Of a stretch of DNA of 64,000 nt, positions 51,138-61,320 are shown piece by piece. This stretch comes from Prochlorococcus sp. AG-402-P18. Lineage in GTDB: Bacteria > Cyanobacteriota > Cyanobacteriia > PCC-6307 > Cyanobiaceae. Positions within the stretch are counted from its first letter, which is position 1. Each line of letters starts with the position of its first letter. The stretch is taken from the NCBI GenBank assembly GCA_003216275.1, contig QCJC01000001.1, positions 192,787 through 256,786 of the forward strand, in the 5' to 3' direction. A program made the position numbers and the translations under genes. The notes beneath the pieces are model-generated. The model saw only the letters and a list, made by a program, of their open reading frames with translations. It was not told the origin of the DNA and did not search any database.

Positions 51138-54100
51138 ATGCCTCGGCGTAAAGATATACATAAGATTTTGATACTTGGCTCTGGCCCAATTGTTATTGGT
51201 CAAGCTTGTGAGTTTGATTATTCTGGAACCCAGGCGTGTAAAGCACTTAGAGGAGAGGGTTTTGAGGTCGTTTTGGTAAATTCAAATCCAGCTTCAATAA
51301 TGACTGACCCTGAGACAGCAGATAGAACGTATGTAGAGCCTCTAACTGCTTCGGTAGTTCAAAAAATTATTGAGGTTGAGAAGCCTGATGCCCTTTTGCC
51401 TACAATGGGAGGTCAAACGGCTTTGAATATTTCTGTAGAATTAGCTGAATCTGGACTATTACATAAACACAATATTGAATTAATAGGGGCAGATCTCAAC
51501 GCAATTAAAAAGGCTGAGGATAGAAATTTATTTAAAATAGCAATGAACAATATTGGAGTTAATGTATGTCCATCTGGTATTGCTTCTAATCTTCAAGAAG
51601 CGGAAATAGTTGGGGATAAGATTTCTTCCTTTCCTAAAATCATTCGCCCTGCCTTTACTTTGGGCGGAAGTGGAGGTGGTATTGCATATAACCATGATGA
51701 ATTTTTAGAATTATGTAAAACAGGATTAGATGCTAGTCCTGTTTCTCAAATACTTATTGAAAAATCTCTCTTAGGTTGGAAAGAATTTGAACTAGAAGTT
51801 ATGAGAGATTTGACAGATAATGTTGTAATTGTATGCAGTATTGAGAATATTGATCCAATGGGTGTTCATACTGGAGATTCTATTACGGTAGCTCCAGCAC
51901 AAACCTTAACGGATCGAGAATATCAGCGATTGCGTGATTATTCTATTTCTATAATTAGAGAAATCGGAGTAGCCACAGGGGGGAGCAATATTCAATTTGC
52001 AATTAATCCTATCAATGGAGAAATAATTGTAATTGAGATGAATCCACGTGTTAGTAGATCATCTGCTTTAGCAAGTAAGGCTACGGGATTTCCGATAGCA
52101 AAAATTGCAGCTCTTTTGGCCGTAGGTTATAGATTAGATGAGATAATGAATGATATTACTGGTAAAACTCCTGCGTGTTTTGAACCAACAATTGATTATG
52201 TAGTTACTAAGATACCTCGTTTTGCGTTTGAAAAATTTTTAGGTTCTTCTCCAATACTTACAACATCAATGAAGTCTGTTGGGGAAGCAATGGCAATAGG
52301 TAGATGTTTTGAAGAATCTTTTCAAAAAGCTATTAGATCATTAGAAATTGGATTAAGTGGTTGGGGATGTGATTCTGTCGACAAGCAGTGTTCAAGTATT
52401 GAGTTAGAAAGATTATTAAGAACTCCTTCCCCTGAAAGAATAATGTATATCAGGCTAGCAATGAAAAATGGTCGTTCTGACGATGAGATATATTCCTATT
52501 CTAATATTGACCCTTGGTTTTTATCTAAATTAAGGAATATAGTTAACGCGGAAAATCAATTAATTAATTACGGTGATATTAGTCTACTAAACTTTAATTT
52601 TTTATTCAATTTAAAACAATTAGGATTTTCAGATCGACAGATTGCATTTGCAGTCAATTCTGATGAATTAACTGTTAGAAATAAAAGAATATCTCTTAAT
52701 ATCTTACCTGTTTTTAAAACTGTAGACACATGCGCTTCTGAATTTGCGTCTAATACCCCTTATCATTATTCAACTTATGAAAGACCGGTTTATAAAATTG
52801 ATAATAATGGAAATATTATAAAAAATATAAATTTAAATGAGGTTAAAACTAACACTAAAGATAAATTATTGATATTAGGAGGAGGTCCTAATCGAATTGG
52901 TCAGGGTATTGAATTTGATTATTGTTGTTGCCATGCTTCATATCAAGCCCAAGAGGAAGATTTGATTACGATTATGATAAATAGTAATCCTGAGACTGTT
53001 TCCACTGATTATGATACTAGTGATATTTTATATTTTGAACCTTTAACTTTAGAAGATGTTCTTAATATTATTGAATTTGAAAATCCCTTAGGTATAGTAG
53101 TTCAATTTGGTGGACAGACACCTTTAAAACTTTCTTTACCAATTTTAAATTGGTTGCAACTATCTACAAATTCAAAGATACAAACTAAGATTTTAGGTAC
53201 TTCTCCGAAATCTATTGATCTAGCTGAAGATAGAGAGTTATTTGATAATGTTTTGAGGTCTCTAGATATTCGCCAACCCAAAAATGGACTTGCAAGAACT
53301 ATAGAAGAATCATTAACTGTTGCAACTAGAATAGGTTATCCATTGGTTGTTAGGCCTTCTTATGTTCTTGGTGGAAGAGCAATGGAAATTGTTTATGATC
53401 AAGATGAACTGAAAAGATACGTTAAAGAAGCTGTAAATGTTGAACCTGACCATCCAATACTCATAGATCAGTATTTAGAAAATGCAATTGAGGTAGATGT
53501 AGATGCTTTATGTGATGTAAATAAAAATGTGGTAATTGGTGGATTAATGGAACATATTGAACCGGCTGGGGTTCACTCAGGAGATTCTGCTTGCTGTCTT
53601 CCTTCTATAACGCTTTCCAATAAATCGATAACTACGATTAAGGAATGGACTAAATCTTTGGCTATTGAGTTAGAGGTTGTTGGTTTAATTAATCTTCAAT
53701 TTGCAGTAAAAAGAGATTCAGATGGTCAAGAAATTGTATATATAATTGAAGCAAATCCTAGAGCTTCTAGAACTGTTCCGTTCGTTTCTAAGGCTACTGG
53801 AATCCCTCTTGCAAAAATTGCCACACAATTATTACTTGGAAAAACACTTAATGATATTGGGCTTAACAAGGAGCCAGTTCCACCATTGCAAACTATAAAA
53901 GAAGCTGTAATGCCTTTTCGGCGCTTCCCAGGCTCAGATAGCGTATTGGGCCCAGAAATGCGTTCTACTGGTGAAGTAATGGGTTCAGCAAGTACTTTTG
54001 GCATGGCATATGCGAAATCTGAATTAGCGGCGGGAGAGGGCTTGCCTACTTCAGGATTTGTATTTTTATCAACTCATGATCGAGATAAACCTGCATTAAT

Positions 54101-54446
54101 ACCTGTAGCAGAAAAACTAATCCAACTTGGCTTTTCTCTTTTGGCAACATCCGGAACCTCTAAATATCTTAATAAATTTGATTTAAAGGTTGAGACAGTC
54201 CTAAAGGTTCACGAAGGGCGTCCTAATATTGAAGATATGATTAGATCTGGAAAAGTTCAGCTAGTAATAAATACACCAATAGGTCGACAAGCAATTTATG
54301 ATGATAAGTATCTTAGGAAGGCAGCCCTAGATTACTCAGTACCTACTTTAACAACCTTAAAGGGAGCTAGTGCTGCTGTTGAGGGGATTGAGGCATTGCA
54401 GAATCAAGTTATATCAGTTTCAGCCTTGCAAGATATACACGTTTAG
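51138..54446 (+). CDS. carB: Carbamoyl-phosphate synthase large subunit
   Basis: [44 protein letters not shown] domain. Confidence 0.98.
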   Translation: MPRRKDIHKILILGSGPIVIGQACEFDYSGTQACKALRGEGFEVVLVNSNPASIMTDPETADRTYVEPLTASVVQKIIEVEKPDALLPTMGGQTALNISVELAESGLLHKHNIELIGADLNAIKKAEDRNLFKIAMNNIGVNVCPSGIASNLQEAEIVGDKISSFPKIIRPAFTLGGSGGGIAYNHDEFLELCKTGLDASPVSQILIEKSLLGWKEFELEVMRDLTDNVVIVCSIENIDPMGVHTGDSITVAPAQTLTDREYQRLRDYSISIIREIGVATGGSNIQFAINPINGEIIVIEMNPRVSRSSALASKATGFPIAKIAALLAVGYRLDEIMNDITGKTPACFEPTIDYVVTKIPRFAFEKFLGSSPILTTSMKSVGEAMAIGRCFEESFQKAIRSLEIGLSGWGCDSVDKQCSSIELERLLRTPSPERIMYIRLAMKNGRSDDEIYSYSNIDPWFLSKLRNIVNAENQLINYGDISLLNFNFLFNLKQLGFSDRQIAFAVNSDELTVRNKRISLNILPVFKTVDTCASEFASNTPYHYSTYERPVYKIDNNGNIIKNINLNEVKTNTKDKLLILGGGPNRIGQGIEFDYCCCHASYQAQEEDLITIMINSNPETVSTDYDTSDILYFEPLTLEDVLNIIEFENPLGIVVQFGGQTPLKLSLPILNWLQLSTNSKIQTKILGTSPKSIDLAEDRELFDNVLRSLDIRQPKNGLARTIEESLTVATRIGYPLVVRPSYVLGGRAMEIVYDQDELKRYVKEAVNVEPDHPILIDQYLENAIEVDVDALCDVNKNVVIGGLMEHIEPAGVHSGDSACCLPSITLSNKSITTIKEWTKSLAIELEVVGLINLQFAVKRDSDGQEIVYIIEANPRASRTVPFVSKATGIPLAKIATQLLLGKTLNDIGLNKEPVPPLQTIKEAVMPFRRFPGSDSVLGPEMRSTGEVMGSASTFGMAYAKSELAAGEGLPTSGFVFLSTHDRDKPALIPVAEKLIQLGFSLLATSGTSKYLNKFDLKVETVLKVHEGRPNIEDMIRSGKVQLVINTPIGRQAIYDDKYLRKAALDYSVPTLTTLKGASAAVEGIEALQNQVISVSALQDIHV

Positions 54447-54693
54447 ACTTTTTATTATTTATATTTTAATTTCTAAAGTATTATTTTTTAGTTATTTTTT
54501 CGGAATCAAATATTATTTAAAATCATAACTCATGCTCTAATAATTGATTATTATTTATCGGCCAGAAATTATTTATAGTCTGTTAAGTATCACTATTCTT
54601 GCAGTTTTTGAAGTAGCTCTATTACTACCTCTTTAAAAATCCACCTTTTTTGCAAATTTAGGCATACAATTATGTTCTTGATCGATAACGGGA

Positions 54694-55797
54694 ATGACTG
54701 CTACAGCTTCTTCACCAAAACTAAGAGTAGATACCCGTGGAACAAATGAGTTGCCGCCACATTTAGATGAAAATCTTTTAACGCCTCGTTTTTACGTAAC
54801 TGAATTTAAGAAAGCTGCCAAGACAGAATTAACTGATGCGCGTGAAGAGTTTGAGGCAATGCTCTCAGAAATGAAGGCTGATTATAATTGTACCCATTTT
54901 GATAGGAAGGCAAGCTTGGATAGATTGCAAGAACTACCTCAAAAATCTAAAGAAGTTTATGAAAGTTATTTAGTAAGATCAGTTATCTCAGAATTCTCTG
55001 GTTTTTTACTATTTAAGGAAATCTCTAATCGACTAAAGAAAGAGGGAAATAGAGATCTTGGCAAACTATTTCAGTTTTTAGCTAGAGACGAAGCCAGGCA
55101 TGCAGGTTTTCTTAGCAGAGCATTAGTTGCGGAGGGGATTGAAGTTGATCTCCCTCATTTAGGCGGAAAGAGAGCAGCGACTTGGTTCCCAATTAGTTGG
55201 GTGATTTATTCAGTTTATCTTTCAGAAAAAATTGGGTATTGGAGATACATCTTGATGGATAGGCACCTTAAGGCTAATCCAGATCAGGCTTTTGCTCCGC
55301 TTTTTGATTTCTTTGAACCATGGTGTCAAGACGAGAACAGACATGGTGATTGTTTTACAGTGATGATGAGATGTTGGCCAGGAATTACCAAAGGGTTTAG
55401 AGGCAAGTTGTTAAGTCGTTTCTTCTTGTGGAGTGTTTTCCTAACTCACACTTTGACAGTTTGTGAAAGGGGTGAGTTTTATGAATTGCTTGGTATTGAT
55501 CCAAAGGAATTTGATGAGGAAGTTATAAAAAGAACGAACCACACATCTAAAAATGCCTTCCCTTGGGTTTTTAATCTTGATGACAATGAATTTTGGAATT
55601 TGAGAAATAAAATTATTGAATCTTTCAGAGCATTTGTAGGTGCTAAAGGTTTAACAAAACCAGTTAAATTTGTGAAGTTTGCTACTTTAATATTTAAGCA
55701 ATTTGCGCTTCCAATGGAGAAGACAAATGCATTGAGATATGATAAAAATGTGAATTTTACCGGTCAAGATATTTTAAATTTTTGGACAGATAAGTAA
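54694..55797 (+). CDS. acsF: O2-dependent Mg-protoporphyrin IX monomethyl ester cyclase, divergent paralog type
   Basis: LTPRFY, di-iron ligands SEFSG, DEARH, SEKIGYWRY, WCQDENRHGD. Confidence 0.9.
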   Translation: MTATASSPKLRVDTRGTNELPPHLDENLLTPRFYVTEFKKAAKTELTDAREEFEAMLSEMKADYNCTHFDRKASLDRLQELPQKSKEVYESYLVRSVISEFSGFLLFKEISNRLKKEGNRDLGKLFQFLARDEARHAGFLSRALVAEGIEVDLPHLGGKRAATWFPISWVIYSVYLSEKIGYWRYILMDRHLKANPDQAFAPLFDFFEPWCQDENRHGDCFTVMMRCWPGITKGFRGKLLSRFFLWSVFLTHTLTVCERGEFYELLGIDPKEFDEEVIKRTNHTSKNAFPWVFNLDDNEFWNLRNKIIESFRAFVGAKGLTKPVKFVKFATLIFKQFALPMEKTNALRYDKNVNFTGQDILNFWTDK

Positions 55798-55812
55798 AAC
55801 TATTTAGATAAA

Positions 55813-56199
55813 TCAAATATCAAATGGATTGCCGGCTTGTGTCTCCAATCCTTTGAAATATTTTCCAAATTGAGCGTTATAGACTTCGTCCTCATCTTGT
55901 GTCACGCATTCTAATGGTCCAATAGCTTTTGAAACGCATAACAAACCGTAACCCTTATCCCTCATCTCTTTTGATAGACCAATACAAGCTTGTTGATCCA
56001 TTTCTCCTGAAATTATTTTAACTGCGCATTCTGAACAACATCCATTTCTGCAAGAGAATGGCAATGTGTCTCCGATAATTTGTCCATGTTCGTCTTTTGA
56101 TTCAAAATTTCTCAATATGTACTCACCTTCAGGTACATCAAAGGTATATGTTTTCCCCTCCTGTTTATGATGAATAGTTATCTGGTGAATTGGTTTCAT
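55813..56199 (-). CDS. 2Fe-2S ferredoxin, FdC2/Fed2 type
   Basis: LPFSCRNGCCSECAV...LLC and C-terminal extension QDEDEVYxxQFG. Confidence 0.88.
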   Translation of the reverse strand: MKPIHQITIHHKQEGKTYTFDVPEGEYILRNFESKDEHGQIIGDTLPFSCRNGCCSECAVKIISGEMDQQACIGLSKEMRDKGYGLLCVSKAIGPLECVTQDEDEVYNAQFGKYFKGLETQAGNPFDI

Positions 56200-56206
56200 T
56201 GAATAT

Positions 56207-56542
56207 CTATTTCGGCGGTGTTATATCTCTTCTTTCTGGAGGTTCAGGGGGATGACTTGCATGTTGCCAAAGCTCTTCAATATCTAATGTTTTGGTTAAT
56301 CTTTCTCCACCAAATCGAAGTTTTAACCAAGCAATCGTTGTTGAATCTTCCGCTATGACAGCTTCATAACCTTCTTCTTCAGTGATTTTGAATTTGTTAA
56401 CTAATGAAGAATTTAAGAACCACATAGGATAGTCCTCACCTTTGCGACTCCTTCTCTCATGAAAGGATTCTCTTAATTGTCCATTACCCTGTAATTGACC
56501 TTCTGGGGCTAGAAGAACATTTAGGGTTTTGGTCTCCGACAT
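56207..56542 (-). CDS. Hypothetical protein, possibly a divergent Ycf54 homolog
   Basis: E-x3-ERR...W-F/L and AVI...IAWLKLRF resemble Ycf54 motifs (recalled). Confidence 0.55.
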   Translation of the reverse strand: MSETKTLNVLLAPEGQLQGNGQLRESFHERRSRKGEDYPMWFLNSSLVNKFKITEEEGYEAVIAEDSTTIAWLKLRFGGERLTKTLDIEELWQHASHPPEPPERRDITPPK

Positions 56543-56740
56543 TATTTAAGAATCAAAAATGGTCTTGATCTTAGGCGTGATATTTCCTAGGACCTTAATT
56601 AGATAACTTTAGTAAAAGGAATTACTTAGACGGAAATAGTTTGATAGATCTTCACAAGATTTTCTTGATTATCTGTAAGTAATATTCCTAATTATTTAAA
56701 AGGTCTATATATAAGGTTTGTTTAATTGATAATTAATTAT

Positions 56741-56959
56741 TTAAGCCTCTTTTTTGGGTGCCTCAGGCTTTGCCTTTAGAGCCTCAGCTTCTGCTGCTTT
56801 CTTAGCTTCTTCAAAATCAATTCTGTTTTGTAGTTGCCCTGAAGCTCTCATCCAATCGTTAACACTAGCTTCCTTGCCAGCGGCTTCACATTCCTCTTGA
56901 TACTTCAAGAATGGATACCAATGATGAGTTGCATTCTTGGAATCTGTAAAATTAGTCAA
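56741..56959 (-). CDS. Small hypothetical protein
   Basis: 72 aa, TTG start, Ala/Glu/Lys-rich tail. Confidence 0.6.
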   Translation of the reverse strand: MTNFTDSKNATHHWYPFLKYQEECEAAGKEASVNDWMRASGQLQNRIDFEEAKKAAEAEALKAKPEAPKKEA

Positions 56960-57074
56960 TTTCTTAAGTATTCAATTAATTAATTATCGCATCATATTTT
57001 CTTATTTTGGCAGCATATTAATTTTTTATAGTAATAGTTCAAACCTTTGTTGTACTTATTACTCTTAGTTCGTT

Positions 57075-57959
57075 TTGAATGAAAATCCGATTTTGATGAA
57101 ACTAGCTTTTATTGGTCTTGGCGCTATTGGGAAGCCCATGTCTGAGCGTCTCATTGATAATGGCTATGAATTGAATTTATATCAGAGAAATAAACAAAGA
57201 ATAGATGACAATAGAAAATATTTTGTTGACCCTATAGAGGCTGCTACTTACTGCGATGGCCTCTTGATTTGCGTTACTGATGATAATGCGGTTGAATCTG
57301 TTTTATTTGGTGATAACGGAGTAGCAGAAACGCTGAAGCCTAATTCTTTTGTGATTGATTTCTCTACAATAAGTCCTAATAAATCTATTTCTATACATAA
57401 AAGATTAGCAAAAAAAAATATCTTTTATGTTGACTGTCCGGTTTCAGGGGGGACGGAGGGAGCGCATAATGGCTCATTGTCTTTGTTTGTTGGTGCAAGC
57501 AAAAAAGAGTGTTTATCTTTTGAACATATTTTCGAAGTCCTTGGTAAATCAATTAATTACTTTAATGGTGTAGGTAAAGGTCAACAAGTCAAAGCTCTTA
57601 ATCAGATATTAGTCGCAGGAACATATGCAGCAGTAGCCGAGGCAATGGAATTAGGAAAATTGCTTGATTTGCCCATGGATGATGTTGTTGCTGCTTTAAA
57701 AGTTGGAGCGGCGAATTCATGGCCATTAGAAAATAGATCAAAAGCAATGTTGATTGATGAACATCCATTGGGATTTAAATTAGAGTTGCATCATAAGGAT
57801 TTATCTATTGCTATTGATCTGGCCAATTCTATCAATCTTGATTTGCCGATTGCTTCTAGAGTAAAAGAAATTGAGCAAAGATTGATGCATGATGGTTTAG
57901 GTGAATTGGATATTTCTGTACTGCATAGATACATCTCAGGAGCAAAAAAAGAAGGCTAG
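57075..57959 (+). CDS. 3-hydroxyisobutyrate/2-hydroxy-3-oxopropionate dehydrogenase family
   Basis: GLGAIG, DFSTISP, DCPVSGG, GQQVKALNQ, HHKDL. Confidence 0.88.
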   Translation: MNENPILMKLAFIGLGAIGKPMSERLIDNGYELNLYQRNKQRIDDNRKYFVDPIEAATYCDGLLICVTDDNAVESVLFGDNGVAETLKPNSFVIDFSTISPNKSISIHKRLAKKNIFYVDCPVSGGTEGAHNGSLSLFVGASKKECLSFEHIFEVLGKSINYFNGVGKGQQVKALNQILVAGTYAAVAEAMELGKLLDLPMDDVVAALKVGAANSWPLENRSKAMLIDEHPLGFKLELHHKDLSIAIDLANSINLDLPIASRVKEIEQRLMHDGLGELDISVLHRYISGAKKEG

Positions 57960-58057
57960 AATTACTGCTAATATTAGATTTATGTAACTTATTTATTTAC
58001 ATATTGATATCTATATGCTAAGTTAAGAATAAGTTAACAAATTACTTAGATTAAGTT

Positions 58058-58186
58058 ATGAAGCTAGAGAAGCAGCATTCAAAATTAATAAAATTACAAA
58101 GCAAAGCTGAGTCTTGTCTTTCTCGTGATGAGGCTCAGAAGATTATTCGTAAGGCTGAGAAAGCTCAATCAAAGATTTCAGGATAG
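58058..58186 (+). CDS. Small basic hypothetical protein (42 aa, not in ORF track)
   Basis: MKLEKQHSKLIKLQSKAESCLSRDEAQKIIRKAEKAQSKISG*. Confidence 0.65.
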   Translation: MKLEKQHSKLIKLQSKAESCLSRDEAQKIIRKAEKAQSKISG

Positions 58187-58190
58187 TTTC

Positions 58191-58583
58191 TTATTTTTTT
58201 AAGTCATTAAACATTATTCCTTTATGTTTTTGGAACTTAACACTCCAAAGATTTGAACATATTGATTTTAATTTTTCTATTAAAGTATCTGTATCTCCAC
58301 TATTAATCCAATTTGATTTAATTACTGGAATATTATTATGCATACTTTCAAAACTAATCTCTGCCAGTAATAATCCAGTTTCATCGTTTGATATTTTAAG
58401 ACTACCTTCAGTAGATCTTTGAAATATCCTTAGCAATAAATCAAGTATTATCTTTTCGACTTCTTTTTGAGACGATTGACTTAAAGTATCAACTTCAGAA
58501 AAAGTCTTTCCTCCAAGAGGCATTAATCTTTTATTATTTTGCTCTGCAAGAGCTATCGCTATTACATATTTTTGTTCTTCCAT
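58191..58583 (-). CDS. Conserved hypothetical protein
   Basis: IAIALAEQNNKRLMPLGGK motif. Confidence 0.65.
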   Translation of the reverse strand: MEEQKYVIAIALAEQNNKRLMPLGGKTFSEVDTLSQSSQKEVEKIILDLLLRIFQRSTEGSLKISNDETGLLLAEISFESMHNNIPVIKSNWINSGDTDTLIEKLKSICSNLWSVKFQKHKGIMFNDLKK

Positions 58584-58680
58584 TTAGTTTTAACAACCTA
58601 TAGATTTTTTCACTGTTTTTATTTTATCTGCTATGTAGGCAAAAATGTTTTATCTTAATGTTGAAGCATTTAAAAATTAA

Positions 58681-59679
58681 TTGCACAATAATCCTAGTGA
58701 CTTGATCGTTGTAGATCAGTTGAGTAAATATTATCGAGTTGCAAACAAACAGCCTGGGTTTAAGGGTACTCTTAAGCATTTTTTTGATCGAAAGACTTAT
58801 CACGTCCCTGCCGTTACTGATATTAGTTTTAAAATCTCACCGGGAGAGGTTGTCGGATTTCTCGGGGCTAATGGAGCTGGTAAGACCACATTATTGAAAA
58901 TGATGTGTGGTCTTATTCATCCCACGACCGGTTTAGTTGATGTTGCTGGTTTCTCTCCTCAAAGAAGACAAACGGATTTTCTTAAGGAGATAACTTTGGT
59001 TATGGGGCAAAAGCAGCAGTTGATTTGGGATCTTCCTCCCATGGACTCTTTGTATGTAAACGCAGCTGTATATGGTTTGTCTGACCACGAAGCAAAAGTA
59101 AGAATTAATGAATTGGCAGAAATGCTTGAACTAGGAGAAGAACTTACAAGACCTGTAAGAAAGTTATCGTTAGGACAAAGAATGAAATCTGAAATTCTTG
59201 CTGCCTTATTGCATAAACCATCTGTCCTTTTTCTAGATGAACCTACTCTTGGTCTAGATGTAAATGCTCAAGCTAGAGTTCGTAGTTTTTTATCTGAATA
59301 CAACAAAAGAACTGGTGCGACAATTTTACTAACTAGTCATTACATGGCTGACATAACAGCATTATGTCCAAGAGTTATTTGTATTCATAAAGGAAAGCTT
59401 TTTTATGATGGTGACCTTGATTCACTGGCTAATTCATTATCACCCTCAAGAGAGGTAAAAGTTGAATTGAAAAATCCATGTGCAAGTGAACAATTTGAAA
59501 AATATGGTGAGATTCAAGATTTAAATGATCGTTTTGTATGTTTATTAGTTTCAAGGGATAAATTGACAGATGTAGTAAGCAATTTATTAACTGATTTCGA
59601 TATTATCGATTTAGAGATTAGTGATCCTCCTATTGATCAATTAATAGGAGAATTATTTATTAAAGGTGAAGTCAATTGA
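58681..59679 (+). CDS. ABC-2 exporter ATP-binding subunit
   Basis: GANGAGKTT, LSLGQRM, LDEPTLGLD, TSH. Confidence 0.92.
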   Translation: MHNNPSDLIVVDQLSKYYRVANKQPGFKGTLKHFFDRKTYHVPAVTDISFKISPGEVVGFLGANGAGKTTLLKMMCGLIHPTTGLVDVAGFSPQRRQTDFLKEITLVMGQKQQLIWDLPPMDSLYVNAAVYGLSDHEAKVRINELAEMLELGEELTRPVRKLSLGQRMKSEILAALLHKPSVLFLDEPTLGLDVNAQARVRSFLSEYNKRTGATILLTSHYMADITALCPRVICIHKGKLFYDGDLDSLANSLSPSREVKVELKNPCASEQFEKYGEIQDLNDRFVCLLVSRDKLTDVVSNLLTDFDIIDLEISDPPIDQLIGELFIKGEVN

Positions 59680-60473
59680 GAATATTTGGATTGTCTTTCA
59701 AGGTTATTAAGACCTTACTTACAACACAATATGCGTACATGTTGGAATATCGCATCGAAATAGCTTTGTGGGCTCTTTCTGGAGTACTACCATTTATTAT
59801 GTTTTCTCTTTGGAGTCAAAATGATGTTGGTAATTCATTTGGTCTAAATGATATAGGGTTGGCAAGATATTTTTTAAGTGCTTTTCTTGTTAGGCAATTT
59901 TCAGTTGTTTGGGTTGTCTTCTCGTTTGAGGAAGATTCTCTTTCTGGTCGATTATCTCCATATTTGCTGCAACCTTTGCATCCTCTATTTAGATATGTAG
60001 CTTCTCACTTAGCAGAGCAGGCAACAAGACTTCCTTTTGCAATAGCCATAGCTATTACTTTTTTTATATTAAATCCATCATCTTTTTGGCTTCCCTCACT
60101 ACCTCAATTGTTTTTGGCGTACTTATCAACACACTTTGCTTTTACTATCGCTTTCCTTCTTCAAAGTTTAGTCGCTGCACTTTGCTTCTGGACTGAAAAA
60201 TCTAGTGCTCTTGAGCGATTAATATTTGTTCCTTATCTTTTTCTTTCTGGTTTATTAGTACCTTTATCAGCCTTTCCTCCTAACGTTCTAAAAGTAGCAA
60301 TGTTAACACCATTCCCTTATCTAATTAATTTTCCAGCAAAGATTTTATCAGGGATGCCAGTTGATATTTTTAATGGCTTTTTAGCTCAGATTTTGTGGAT
60401 TTCAATACTGGTACCTTCTGTAAATATTCTTTGGAAACTTGGTGTAAAAAGATATACAGCAATGGGAGCCTAA
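59676..60473 (+). CDS. ABC-2 family permease (DUF990-like)
   Basis: LEYR, GRLSPYLLQP, six TMs; coupled to the ATPase. Confidence 0.85.
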   Translation: MRIFGLSFKVIKTLLTTQYAYMLEYRIEIALWALSGVLPFIMFSLWSQNDVGNSFGLNDIGLARYFLSAFLVRQFSVVWVVFSFEEDSLSGRLSPYLLQPLHPLFRYVASHLAEQATRLPFAIAIAITFFILNPSSFWLPSLPQLFLAYLSTHFAFTIAFLLQSLVAALCFWTEKSSALERLIFVPYLFLSGLLVPLSAFPPNVLKVAMLTPFPYLINFPAKILSGMPVDIFNGFLAQILWISILVPSVNILWKLGVKRYTAMGA

Positions 60474-60474
60474 T

Positions 60475-61263
60475 ATGCGGCGTTACTTTAAAACTATTAG
60501 ATTATTTTGGTCTACAGCATTTGCTTCTCAGCTTGAATATCAATTAAATTTTTTGATTGAGTTGCTAGCTATGTTGGGAACTCTTTTGGGAAGTGTATTT
60601 ATATTATCCCTTTTTTTTACTGGAGGAAGGCAATTAGGTGATTGGACTTGGGAATCAGCCTTAGTTATTCAGGGTGTTTATACATTTCTTGATGGTTTAA
60701 CGAATGCTCTTTTACGACCAAATTTAACCGAAATCGTTAATTATGTTAGAGAGGGTACTCTCGATTATGTTTTATTAAAACCAATTGATAGTCAATTTTG
60801 GCTATCAGTTAATAAGTTTTCTTTTGCAGGTTTACCTGAAATTATTTTAGGACTTTCAATTGTTTTTTGGGCGGCTATCCAATCAGGTTCAAGTTTTTCA
60901 ATTTACTCATTATTTGTATTCATTATTTCCTTATTGATTGGTTTTATTATTCTTTATTCTGTTTGGTTTCTAATTGCTGCATCAAGTATTTGGTTTGTTA
61001 AGACATGGAATGCTACAGAAGTTCTTAGAGCTTTGTTAGCTGCAGGAAGATACCCTATTTCAGCTTATCCTATTATCTTGAGATTCATATTTACTTTGGT
61101 TTTACCTGTAGCTTTCTTAACAACTTTTCCTGCTGAAGCCATTCTTGGAGAACTTAAATTTAATATTTTATTTTTTGGCCTAATATTAAGTAGTTTATTT
61201 TTTATTTTTAGCAGACTCTTCTGGAAATTTGCTCTTAAACATTATACTTCTGCCTCAAGTTAA
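60475..61263 (+). CDS. ABC-2 family permease (DUF990-like)
   Basis: GTLDYVLLKPIDSQF, GRYPISAY, YTSASS terminus. Confidence 0.85.
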   Translation: MRRYFKTIRLFWSTAFASQLEYQLNFLIELLAMLGTLLGSVFILSLFFTGGRQLGDWTWESALVIQGVYTFLDGLTNALLRPNLTEIVNYVREGTLDYVLLKPIDSQFWLSVNKFSFAGLPEIILGLSIVFWAAIQSGSSFSIYSLFVFIISLLIGFIILYSVWFLIAASSIWFVKTWNATEVLRALLAAGRYPISAYPIILRFIFTLVLPVAFLTTFPAEAILGELKFNILFFGLILSSLFFIFSRLFWKFALKHYTSASS

Positions 61264-61320
61264 TTATTTAATTAATTTCATTAACTTTTTTTATTTTAAC
61301 GATATTTATAAATTATGAGC

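Noticed and set aside
54538-54553. TAATAAT-TG-ATTATTA palindrome upstream of acsF as a Fur box
   Set aside because: 7-2-7 spacing and nearly all A/T in an AT-rich spacer; likely chance
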